Shown one piece after another: positions 49,465 through 57,196 of a DNA stretch of 57,196 bases. The notes under the pieces are model-generated. The model saw nothing but the letters and a program-made list of their open reading frames with translations. It did not search any database and was not told where the DNA came from. The stretch is taken from assembly GCA_025055335.1 (NCBI GenBank), contig JANWXJ010000255.1, positions 1-57,196 of the forward strand. Reading direction: 5' to 3'. The position numbers were made by a program, and so were the translations under genes. The stretch is from Acetobacteraceae bacterium. Lineage in GTDB: Bacteria; Pseudomonadota; Alphaproteobacteria; Acetobacterales; Acetobacteraceae. Within the stretch, counting starts at the first letter, position 1; the number at the start of each line of letters is the position of its first letter.

Positions 49465-51386
49465 GCCCGCGCCGGTTCCGCCGCCACCTCGCGCCCGAGC
49501 GCCGACAGCGCCGCCGCGACGATGTGCGGCGCGTTCAGCCCGGCCGTGTCGTACTGGCGGCGCGGGGTGTCGTGGTCGATCAGCCGATCAGGCAGCGTGA
49601 GGGTGCGTATCCTGAGCCCGCGGTCGAGCATGCCCCGCCCGGCCAGATGCTGCAGCACCAGCGCGCCGAAGCCGCAGAGCGCGCCTTCCTCGATCGTCAG
49701 CACCACCTCGTGCTCGCGCGCGAGGCGCTCGACCAGCGCGGTATCGAGCGGCTTGGCGAAGCGCATGTCGGCGATGGTGGTGGAGAGGCCCCGCGCCGCA
49801 AGATCCTCGGCCGCCGCGCGGCATTCCGCAAGCCGCGCGCCGTAGTTCAGGATGGCGATGCGGCTGCCCTCGCGCACCACGCGCCCGCGCCCGATCTCGA
49901 GCGGGCTGCCGCGGGCCGGAAGCGGCACGCCCACGCCCCCGCCGCGCGGGTAGCGGAAGGCGATCGGCCCCTCGTCATAGGCGGCGGCGGTGGCCACCAT
50001 GTGCATCAGCTCCGCCTCGTCGCCGGCCGCCATCAGCACGATGTCGGGCAGGCAGCCGAGATAGGCGATGTCATACGCCCCGGCATGCGTCGCGCCGTCG
50101 GCGCCGACGAGGCCGGCGCGGTCCATCGCCAGCCGCACCGGCAGCTTCTGCAGCACGACGTCGTGCACCACCTGGTCGTAGGCGCGCTGGAGGAAGGTGG
50201 AGTAGATCGCGACGAAGGGCTTCAGCCCCTCGGTCGCCATGCCGGCGGCGAAGGTGACGGCGTGCTGTTCGGCGATGCCGACATCGAAGCAGCGCTTCGG
50301 GAAGCGCTTGCCGAACAGGTCGAGCCCGGTGCCCGAGGGCATGGCGGCGGTGACGGCGACGATGCGCGGATCCGCCTCCGCCTCGGCGATGAGGGCATTG
50401 GCGAACACCCTGGTGTAGGGGGGCGGGCCGGGCGGGCCCTTCTGCTGTTCGCCGGTGATCACGTTGAACTTCTGCACGCCGTGGTACTTGTCGGCCGATT
50501 CCTCGGCAGGCGCGTAGCCCTTGCCCTTCTGCGTGACGACATGGACGAGGATCGGGTGCACGTCCTCGGCGTCGCGCACGTTGCGCAGCACGGGCAGCAG
50601 ATGGTCGAGCTCGTGCCCGTCGATCGGCCCGACGTAGTAGAAGCCGAGCTCCTCGAACAGCGTGCCGCCGGTGAGCAGCCCGCGGGTGTATTCGTCGGCG
50701 CGCCTCGCCATGCGCTCGATCGGCCCGGGGAAGCGGCGGGCGAGGCGGGCCATCCCCTCGCGGAAGGAGATGAAGGGGCGGGAGGAGATGAGCTTCGAGA
50801 GATAGGCGCTCATCGCCCCGGTCGGGGGGGCGATGGACATGTCGTTGTCGTTCAGGATCACGATCAGCCGGGCCTTCATGGCCCCGGCGTTGTTCATCGC
50901 CTCGTAGGCCATGCCGGCGCTCATCGCCCCGTCGCCGATCACGGCGATCACGTGGCGCGTCTCGCCCTTCAGGTCGCGCGCCACCGCCATGCCGAGGCCG
51001 GCCGAGATCGAGGTGGAGGAATGCGCCGCGCCGAAGGGGTCGTATTCGCTCTCGCTGCGCTTGGTGAAGCCGGAAAGCCCCCCGCCCTGGCGCAGGGTGC
51101 GGATGCGGTCGCGCCGTCCCGTAAGGATCTTGTGCGGATAGGCCTGGTGGCCGACATCCCAGATCAGCCGGTCGTTCGGGGTGTCGAACACGGCGTGGAT
51201 CGCGACCGTGAGCTCCACCACCCCGAGCGAGGCGCCGAGATGCCCGCCGGTGACGGAGACCGCCGAGATCGTCTCGGCGCGCAGCTCCTCGGCCAGCTGC
51301 TTCAGCTGCTCGGTCGAGAAGTTGCGCAGGTCGGCGGGGAACCGCACCCGGTCGAGCAGCGGGGTTACCGGCGTGACGGCCATCAT
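49461..51386 (-). CDS. dxs: 1-deoxy-D-xylulose-5-phosphate synthase
   Basis: [39 protein letters not shown]. Confidence 0.96.
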   Translation of the reverse strand: MMAVTPVTPLLDRVRFPADLRNFSTEQLKQLAEELRAETISAVSVTGGHLGASLGVVELTVAIHAVFDTPNDRLIWDVGHQAYPHKILTGRRDRIRTLRQGGGLSGFTKRSESEYDPFGAAHSSTSISAGLGMAVARDLKGETRHVIAVIGDGAMSAGMAYEAMNNAGAMKARLIVILNDNDMSIAPPTGAMSAYLSKLISSRPFISFREGMARLARRFPGPIERMARRADEYTRGLLTGGTLFEELGFYYVGPIDGHELDHLLPVLRNVRDAEDVHPILVHVVTQKGKGYAPAEESADKYHGVQKFNVITGEQQKGPPGPPPYTRVFANALIAEAEADPRIVAVTAAMPSGTGLDLFGKRFPKRCFDVGIAEQHAVTFAAGMATEGLKPFVAIYSTFLQRAYDQVVHDVVLQKLPVRLAMDRAGLVGADGATHAGAYDIAYLGCLPDIVLMAAGDEAELMHMVATAAAYDEGPIAFRYPRGGGVGVPLPARGSPLEIGRGRVVREGSRIAILNYGARLAECRAAAEDLAARGLSTTIADMRFAKPLDTALVERLAREHEVVLTIEEGALCGFGALVLQHLAGRGMLDRGLRIRTLTLPDRLIDHDTPRRQYDTAGLNAPHIVAAALSALGREVAAEPARA

Positions 51387-52297
51387 TTCCTCCGCGATAC
51401 GGTATAGTCGGCAAGCTGGCGCAAGAGATCGGCGCGCTCCCCGAAGCTGTCGAGATGCGTCCGCGCCTGGGCGGCCAGCCGTTCCGCCTGGGCGCGGGCG
51501 CGCTCCACCCCCCACAGCCCGACGAGCGTCGCCTTGCCGGCGCCCGCGTCCTTGCCGGTGGCCTTGCCGGTCTCCTCGGGGGTGGCGGTCGCGTCCAGCA
51601 GGTCGTCGGCGATCTGGAAGGCGGCGCCGAGTTCCCGCCCGTAGGCGGCGAGGGCGTGGCGCAGCGGCCAGGGCGCCTTGCCGAGGATGGCGCCGGCCTC
51701 GGCGGCGAACTCGATCAGCCGCCCGGTCTTGAGCAGCTGCAGGCGGGCGATCTCCGGCTCGCCGAGCGGCTCGGAGGCCGCTTCGGCCAGGATGTCGAGC
51801 ATCTGGCCGCCGCACATGCCCTTGGGCCCCGCGGCCAGGGCCAGCCGGTGCGCGAGTTCGGCGCGCACGGCCGGATCCGAATGCGTCTCCTCCGCCGCCA
51901 GCACCGCGAAGGCCTGGGCCTGCAGCGCATCGCCGGCCAGCACCGCCGTCGCCTCGCCGAACTTGACGTGCACGGTCGGCCTGCCGCGGCGGAGGGCGTC
52001 GTCGTCCATGCAGGGCAGGTCGTCGTGGATCAGGCTGTAGGCGTGCAGCATCTCGACCGCCGCCGCCGCGCGCCGTGCGGCATCGCGGGCCACGCCGAAC
52101 TGCCGCGCGCCCTCCATCACGAGGAAGCCGCGCAGCCGCTTGCCGCCCCCCATCGCCCCCCAGCGCATGGCCTCGGCCAACACCGCCTCCGGCCCCTCCA
52201 CGGGCGGCAGCAGCACATCGAGGGCCTCCTCGATCTCGGCCGCCGCCTCGGCCATGGCTTCGGCGAGGCTGCCGGCCACGAGGTTGCTATTCGACAT
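51383..52297 (-). CDS. ispA: Farnesyl diphosphate synthase (polyprenyl synthetase)
   Basis: [28 protein letters not shown]. Confidence 0.93.
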   Translation of the reverse strand: MSNSNLVAGSLAEAMAEAAAEIEEALDVLLPPVEGPEAVLAEAMRWGAMGGGKRLRGFLVMEGARQFGVARDAARRAAAAVEMLHAYSLIHDDLPCMDDDALRRGRPTVHVKFGEATAVLAGDALQAQAFAVLAAEETHSDPAVRAELAHRLALAAGPKGMCGGQMLDILAEAASEPLGEPEIARLQLLKTGRLIEFAAEAGAILGKAPWPLRHALAAYGRELGAAFQIADDLLDATATPEETGKATGKDAGAGKATLVGLWGVERARAQAERLAAQARTHLDSFGERADLLRQLADYTVSRRK

Positions 52298-52547
52298 CGC
52301 GCAGCCCCGCGGGCGTGCCGCCCGCCGCCGTCACCACGGCCTGCAGCTTCGCCTCGGCCTCGGCGAGCTTGCGTTCGCAATGGGCGCGCAGCGCGGCGCC
52401 GCGCTCGTAGTCGGCGATCGCCTGCTCGAGCTTCCCCTGCCCGCCCTCCAGCCGCTTCACGATGGCTTCCAGTTCGGCGAGCGCGTCCTCGAAGGAGAGG
52501 GCGGCGATGTCCTCCGGCGTGTCCTGGGCCGGTCTGGCGGGCGGCAT
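52287..52547 (-). CDS. xseB: Exodeoxyribonuclease VII small subunit
   Basis: SFEDALAELEAIVKRLE..YERG..C; upstream of ispA. Confidence 0.94.
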   Translation of the reverse strand: MPPARPAQDTPEDIAALSFEDALAELEAIVKRLEGGQGKLEQAIADYERGAALRAHCERKLAEAEAKLQAVVTAAGGTPAGLRDVE

Positions 52548-52612
52548 GGCGTCTCCCGGTGCGTGTTGTCAGGCAGTCTAGACAGAGGGGTGGGGCGGGG
52601 GAAACCGTCGCA

Positions 52613-53542
52613 TCACAGCCCCATCAGGCCGCGCACATGGGCGGCGGCCGAGGCGGCGAGCGCCTCGAGGTCGTAGCCGCCTTCGAGCAGCGAGACGACC
52701 CGCCCGCCGCACAGCCTGTCCGCGGCGGCGCAGATCTCGGCCGTGAGCCAGGCGAAATCCGCCTCCCGCACGCGCAACTGCGCCAGCGGGTCGGCGGCAT
52801 GGGCGTCGAACCCGGCCGAGACGATGATCATCCCCGGGCCGAAGGCCTCGAGCGCCGGCAGCAGCCGCTCGGCCCAGGCGGCGCGGAAGGCCGCGCCGTC
52901 CGACCCGGGGGGGAGCGGCGCGTTGACGATGTTCCCAACCCCCGTCTCCGAGGCCGCGCCTGTTCCCGGATAGCAGGGCATCTGGTGGGAGGAGAGGAAC
53001 AGCACAGAGGGATCGCGCTCGAACACCGCCTGGGTGCCGTTGCCGTGATGGACGTCGAAATCGAGCACCGCCACGCGGGCGATGCCGTGCGCCGCCTGGG
53101 CGTGGCGCGCCGCCACGGCGGCGTTGGCGAACAGGCAGAAGCCCATCGGGCGGCCGGGCTCGGCATGGTGCCCGGGCGGACGGGTGGCGCAGAAGGCGCG
53201 CTTCATGCGGCCAGTCGCCACCTCGTCCACCGCCCGCACCGCCGCGCCGGCGGCGCGCAGCGCGGCCTCGGCCGAGCCGTGGGACATCCAGGTGTCCGGG
53301 TCCAGCGCGAAGCGATGCCCGGGCTCGGGGCGGATGCCGAGGATCGCGTCCACATACTCCGGCGGATGCACGCGCGCGAGGTGCCCGATGGTCGCGCGCG
53401 GCGCCTCGTCGCGCTGCAGCGGCAGGAAATCCGGGTGCTCGAGCGCGCGCAGCACGGCCCGCAGCCGGTCCGGGCATTCCGGGTGGTCGGCGCCCGCGTC
53501 GTGGTCGAGGCAGGCGCGGTGGGAGAGCAGCAGCACGCTCAC
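52613..53542 (-). CDS. Histone deacetylase family amidohydrolase
   Basis: HPECPDRL, RPPGHHA, GFC, DFDVHHGNGT, SAGFDAH, EGGY; GTG start overlapping the tusA stop. Confidence 0.92.
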   Translation of the reverse strand: MSVLLLSHRACLDHDAGADHPECPDRLRAVLRALEHPDFLPLQRDEAPRATIGHLARVHPPEYVDAILGIRPEPGHRFALDPDTWMSHGSAEAALRAAGAAVRAVDEVATGRMKRAFCATRPPGHHAEPGRPMGFCLFANAAVAARHAQAAHGIARVAVLDFDVHHGNGTQAVFERDPSVLFLSSHQMPCYPGTGAASETGVGNIVNAPLPPGSDGAAFRAAWAERLLPALEAFGPGMIIVSAGFDAHAADPLAQLRVREADFAWLTAEICAAADRLCGGRVVSLLEGGYDLEALAASAAAHVRGLMGL

Positions 53543-53778
53543 GCAGCCGGTTCCCCGCGCTTCCTCAGCGTGAAGCGATAGACACCCTTGTCCTCGCTGA
53601 AGGCGACGAGGGCGTGCCCCGTCTCCTGTACATAGGCCTGGAAGTCCTTGACGGAGGCCGGGTCGGTCGCCACCACCGTCAGCCGCGCGCCGGGCGGCAG
53701 CGCGCGCAGGGCCTTGTTGGCCTTGAGGACGGGCAGCGGGCAGGTCAGCCCCTGGACGTCGAGGATCGTGTCGGACAT
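53539..53778 (-). CDS. TusA family sulfur carrier
   Basis: LDVQGLTCPLP..ATDP; 79 aa from ATG 53778. Confidence 0.9.
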   Translation of the reverse strand: MSDTILDVQGLTCPLPVLKANKALRALPPGARLTVVATDPASVKDFQAYVQETGHALVAFSEDKGVYRFTLRKRGEPAA

Positions 53779-53857
53779 GGCCCCCGGAGTCTGGGGCGGC
53801 GGACCGCGCCCGGCAAGCCGCTTGCCCCGCGCGCCCTGCGCCGCCACCCTGCCGGGC

Positions 53858-54766
53858 ATGACGGACCGGATCAGGCTCGGGGTGGATCTCGGCGGCACCA
53901 AGGCGGAGATCGTGGCGCTCGGCCCCGATGGCGCGCCGATCCACCGGGAACGCGTGGCGACACCGGCCGAATACAAAGACATCGTAGAGGCCGTTGCCGG
54001 GTTGGTGGAACGCGCCGAAGCCGTGCTCGGCGCGCGCGGGACGGTTGGCGTCGGGATGCCCGGCAGCCTGTCGCCAGCCACCGGGCTCGTCCGCAACTCC
54101 AACACGCAATGTTTGAACGGCAGCCGCTTCGCCGAAGATCTTCAGGCGCGGCTGAAGCGGCAGATCCGCTTCACCAACGACGCCAACTGCCTCGCCCTCT
54201 CGGAGGCGGCCGACGGCGCCGCGGCCGGCCACCGCGTCGTGTTCGCCGCCATCCTCGGCACCGGCTGCGGCGGCGGCATCGCGCTCGACGGCCGCGCGCA
54301 TGACGGGCCGAACCGCGTCGCCGGCGAATGGGGCCACACCCCCCTGCCCTGGATGACCGAGGCCGAACGCGCCGAAGGCCACCGCTGCTGGTGCGGCCGG
54401 CCCGACTGCCTCGAGACCTGGATCTCCGGCACGGCGCTCGCCGCCGGCTGGAAAGGCAAGGGCAACCGCAGCGCCAAGGGCATCGAGGCCGCCGCGGCGG
54501 CGGGCGACAGGGCTGCGGCCCGGGCGCTGGCGAACCACGCCGACCGGCTGGCCCGGGCGCTCGCCATGATCGTCAACATCCTGGACCCCGACATCATCGT
54601 CCTCGGCGGGGGCGTGTCGAACCTGCGGCACCTCTATCGCGACCTGCCGGGGCTGATGCGCCCCTGGGTGTTCGGCGACGTGTTCTCCACCCCCGTCGTG
54701 CCGGCGAAGCACGGCGATTCCTCCGGCGTGTTCGGCGCCGCCCGGCTGTGGGACGAGGCCAGCTAG
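53858..54766 (+). CDS. ROK family sugar kinase (Mak-like)
   Basis: GVDLGGTK, NDANC, GTGCGGG, GEWGH, CWCG..C.E, HGDSSGV. Confidence 0.92.
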   Translation: MTDRIRLGVDLGGTKAEIVALGPDGAPIHRERVATPAEYKDIVEAVAGLVERAEAVLGARGTVGVGMPGSLSPATGLVRNSNTQCLNGSRFAEDLQARLKRQIRFTNDANCLALSEAADGAAAGHRVVFAAILGTGCGGGIALDGRAHDGPNRVAGEWGHTPLPWMTEAERAEGHRCWCGRPDCLETWISGTALAAGWKGKGNRSAKGIEAAAAAGDRAAARALANHADRLARALAMIVNILDPDIIVLGGGVSNLRHLYRDLPGLMRPWVFGDVFSTPVVPAKHGDSSGVFGAARLWDEAS

Positions 54767-54802
54767 CCCCCCGCCCCGCGGGCGCGGAGGCGGCGTAGCC
54801 CC

Positions 54803-56056
54803 GTGCCCGCCCTCTGCCGCGACTGTTTCGCCTCGGCGGAGGCCCTGCCCTCCCCCTGCCCCGCCTGCGGTTCCCGCCGCGTCCTCTCCCACCCCGAACT
54901 CTTCCGCCTTGCGGTCGCGCATGTGGACGCGGACGCCTTCTTCGCCTCGATCGAGAAGCGGGACAGGCCGGAGCTCCGCGCGAAGCCGGTGATCGTCGGC
55001 GGCGGCAGGCGGGGCGTGGTGGCGGCCGCCTGCTACGTGGCGCGCCTGTCCGGCGTGCGCTCGGCCATGCCGATGTTCAAGGCGCTCGCCGCCTGCCCGC
55101 ACGCCGTGGTGATCCGCCCCGACATGGCGAAATACGCCGCCGCCGCCCGCGCCATCCGCGCACTGATGGAGCGGCTCACGCCGCTCGTGCAGCCGCTGTC
55201 CATCGACGAGGCGGTGCTGGACCTTTCGGGCACCGAGGCGCTGCACCGCGCCCCGCCCGCGCTCGTGCTCGCCCGCTTCGCGCGCGATGTCGAACGCGAG
55301 GTGGGGGTGACGGTCTCGATCGGCCTCGCCCCCAACCGGCTGCTCGCCAAGCTTGCCGCCGGGCGCGACAAGCCGCGCGGCTTCGCCGTGCTCTCGGCCG
55401 AGGAGGGGCGCGCCTGGCTCGCCGGCCAGCCCCCCGCCGTGCTGCCCGGGATCGGGCCGGCGCTGGCGCGGAAGCTCGCGGCCCAGGGCTTCGCCACCCT
55501 CGGGCAGATCGCCGCCCTCACCGAGGCCGAGGCGGCGCAGCGGCTCGGGCCCGAGGGCCCGGCGCTCGCCGCCCGCGCCCGCGGCGAGGATTCCCGCCCC
55601 GTCTCGCCGGAGCGAGAGACGAGATCCGTCAGCGCGGAAACCACCTTCGAGGCCGACCTCTCGGCCCTGCCCGACCTCGAGCGGGCGCTGTGGCGCATGG
55701 CCGAGAAGCTGGCCCGCCGGCTGGCCGAGAAGCGGCTCGCCGCCGCCGGCATCGTGCTGAAGCTGAAGACCGCCCGCTTCGCCCTCCGCACCCGCGCCAC
55801 CCGCCTGCCCGCCCCGACGGCGCTGCCCGAGACGCTCTTCGCCGCCGCCCGCCCGCTGCTTGCGCGCGAGGCGGACGGCACCGCCTTCCGGCTGATCGGC
55901 CTCGGCGCGCAGCCGCTCGCCCCCATCGAACAGGCCGACCGGGGCGACCTCGCCGACCCCGAGGCGCCCCGCCGCGCCGCCCGCCACCGGGCGATCGAGG
56001 CGCTGCGCGCGAAGTTCGGGGAGGATGCGGTGAAGCGCGGCCGGAGCCTGGGCTGA
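54803..56056 (+). CDS. dinB: DNA polymerase IV with N-terminal Cys4 motif
   Basis: CRDC..CPAC, HVDADAFFAS, SAMP, SIDEA, AKLA..KPRG. Confidence 0.94.
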   Translation: MPALCRDCFASAEALPSPCPACGSRRVLSHPELFRLAVAHVDADAFFASIEKRDRPELRAKPVIVGGGRRGVVAAACYVARLSGVRSAMPMFKALAACPHAVVIRPDMAKYAAAARAIRALMERLTPLVQPLSIDEAVLDLSGTEALHRAPPALVLARFARDVEREVGVTVSIGLAPNRLLAKLAAGRDKPRGFAVLSAEEGRAWLAGQPPAVLPGIGPALARKLAAQGFATLGQIAALTEAEAAQRLGPEGPALAARARGEDSRPVSPERETRSVSAETTFEADLSALPDLERALWRMAEKLARRLAEKRLAAAGIVLKLKTARFALRTRATRLPAPTALPETLFAAARPLLAREADGTAFRLIGLGAQPLAPIEQADRGDLADPEAPRRAARHRAIEALRAKFGEDAVKRGRSLG

Positions 56057-56118
56057 GGCCCCTCGCCCCGCCGCCGGGCGCCTTGCGCCAAGCGGCCGCC
56101 CCGCGCAGCCTCCGCCCC

Positions 56119-56886
56119 ATGCCCCAGCCCCCGGAACCGGCGCGGATCTGCGGCGCGGCCGCCGTGGCCGCACTCTTCGCCCGCCGCCCCGCCACCATCC
56201 TGCGCCTGTTCTTCACCGCGGCCCGGCGCGCCGAGGCCGGGCCGATCTGCGCCGCACTCGCCAGGGCGCGGAAACCCTACCGGGAAGTGCCGCCCGAAGA
56301 ACTCGCCCGAATCGCCGGCACCCCGCATCATGGCGGGATCTGCGCCATCGCCCTCCCGCGCGTCGTGCCCAGCCTGCCCTGGCCGCCGCCGCCCGCCCTC
56401 TCGGCCGCCCCGGTGCTGCCGGTGCTGCACGCCGTCGGCAACCCGCACAACCTCGGGGCCATCGCCCGCTCGGCGGCGTTCTTCGGCTGCAAGGCGCTGC
56501 TCCTCTCCCCCGATCCGCGCGGCGCGGGGCCGACCGATTCGGCGCATCGCGTGGCCGAAGGCGGGCTCGATCTGCTCGATCTCTATCGCGCGCCGGAGTG
56601 GCCAGGGGTGCTGCGCGGGCTTGCGCGGACGCACCTGACGCTCGCCGCGGTCGCCGAGGGGGGCGAGCCGCCGGAGGCGATCCCCGCCGGGCGGCCGGTC
56701 GCGCTCGTGCTCGGCAACGAGGAGGAGGGGCTCGATCGCGCCACCATCGCCGCCTGCGCCCGGCGCGTCACGCTCGCCCGGCGCGGGCCCGTGCAGTCGC
56801 TGAACGTGGCGCAGGCGGCGGCGGTGCTGATCCACGCGCTGCTGCCGCCGCCGCGGTTGCGAAGCGCCCCGGCCCCGGCCACCTGA
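56119..56886 (+). CDS. TrmH/SpoU family RNA methyltransferase
   Basis: NPHNLGAIARS, LGNEEEG, QSLNVA. Confidence 0.9.
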   Translation: MPQPPEPARICGAAAVAALFARRPATILRLFFTAARRAEAGPICAALARARKPYREVPPEELARIAGTPHHGGICAIALPRVVPSLPWPPPPALSAAPVLPVLHAVGNPHNLGAIARSAAFFGCKALLLSPDPRGAGPTDSAHRVAEGGLDLLDLYRAPEWPGVLRGLARTHLTLAAVAEGGEPPEAIPAGRPVALVLGNEEEGLDRATIAACARRVTLARRGPVQSLNVAQAAAVLIHALLPPPRLRSAPAPAT

Positions 56887-56891
56887 TCGGG

Positions 56892-57196
56892 ATGGACGCC
56901 GCCTCCCCGGCCGCCTTCCAGCGGGAAGGCAAGACCCTCCGCCTCTCCGGCCGGCTCGACACCGCGGCCGCCGCCCGCCTGTGGCGCCCGCTGACCGAGG
57001 CGGCGAAGGACGCCGAGGCGCTCGACCTCTCCGGCCTGATCCATCTCGACACCACAGGCGCCACGCTGGTGCTGCAGGCCGCCGCCCATGGCGCGCGGAT
57101 CGAGGGTGCCGGCCCGCGGATCGCCACGGTGCTGCGGCGCGTGCAGGCGGCGCTCGCGGCGCCCGCCCCGCCGCCCCCGCCGCCGCCGCTCTCGCC
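56892..57196 (+). CDS. STAS-domain protein, probably the N-terminus of an MlaE-type ABC permease (partial)
   Basis: Hand translation MDAASPAAFQREGKTLRLSGRLD..LDLSGLIHLDTTGA; runs off the window. Confidence 0.6.
   Translation, partial: MDAASPAAFQREGKTLRLSGRLDTAAAARLWRPLTEAAKDAEALDLSGLIHLDTTGATLVLQAAAHGARIEGAGPRIATVLRRVQAALAAPAPPPPPPPLS

Noticed and set aside
53960..54145. Local excess of A/T-ending codons in the ROK gene (also moeA about 22470-22640)
   Set aside because: Modest, frames intact, no flanking repeats or template copy; cannot be told from noise or strain mosaicism by eye.
54803..54890. N-terminal Cys4 motif on DinB as a novelty
   Set aside because: As I recall, a common feature of alphaproteobacterial DinB proteins.
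52613..56173. 1186-aa ORF suggesting a giant HDAC fusion
   Set aside because: Only the last 309 aa is HDAC-like; the rest overlaps tusA and is antisense to the ROK kinase and dinB.
1..57196. CRISPR arrays, IS elements, prophage, tRNA/rRNA
   Set aside because: No intergenic gap exceeds about 320 bp, and I saw no spaced direct repeats, transposase/integrase ORFs or tRNA-like sequences.

Overview
Gene-dense, very GC-rich bacterial chromosome segment. Gene order (rpoZ-rel-acpS-lepB-rnc-era-recO-parC; xseB-ispA-dxs-tlyA; pdxH/fabI/aroC) points to an alphaproteobacterium, plausibly Acetobacteraceae-like (inference). I see no rRNA or tRNA genes, CRISPR array, transposase, integrase or prophage. About 56 CDS were called by eye from protein motifs, plus one TPP riboswitch ahead of a thiXYZ-type ABC transporter. 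The main accessory block (about 20.6-37.4 kb) is a Tat-exported, Cys-type formate dehydrogenase locus with fdhD/mobA/moeA/mobB, a TorD chaperone, two small proteins and a run of uncharacterised genes. These include a degenerate biotin/lipoate-ligase-like protein and a large Fe-S protein resembling a flavin-less HdrA/MvhD. A LysR gene and an SbtA-like bicarbonate transporter follow. The sbtA leader holds a LysR box, an unannotated 12-codon Arg-rich uORF and a C-rich tract, which together suggest a leader-peptide attenuator. Family names come from motif recognition, not database searches. Many starts were moved downstream of the ORF-track start.
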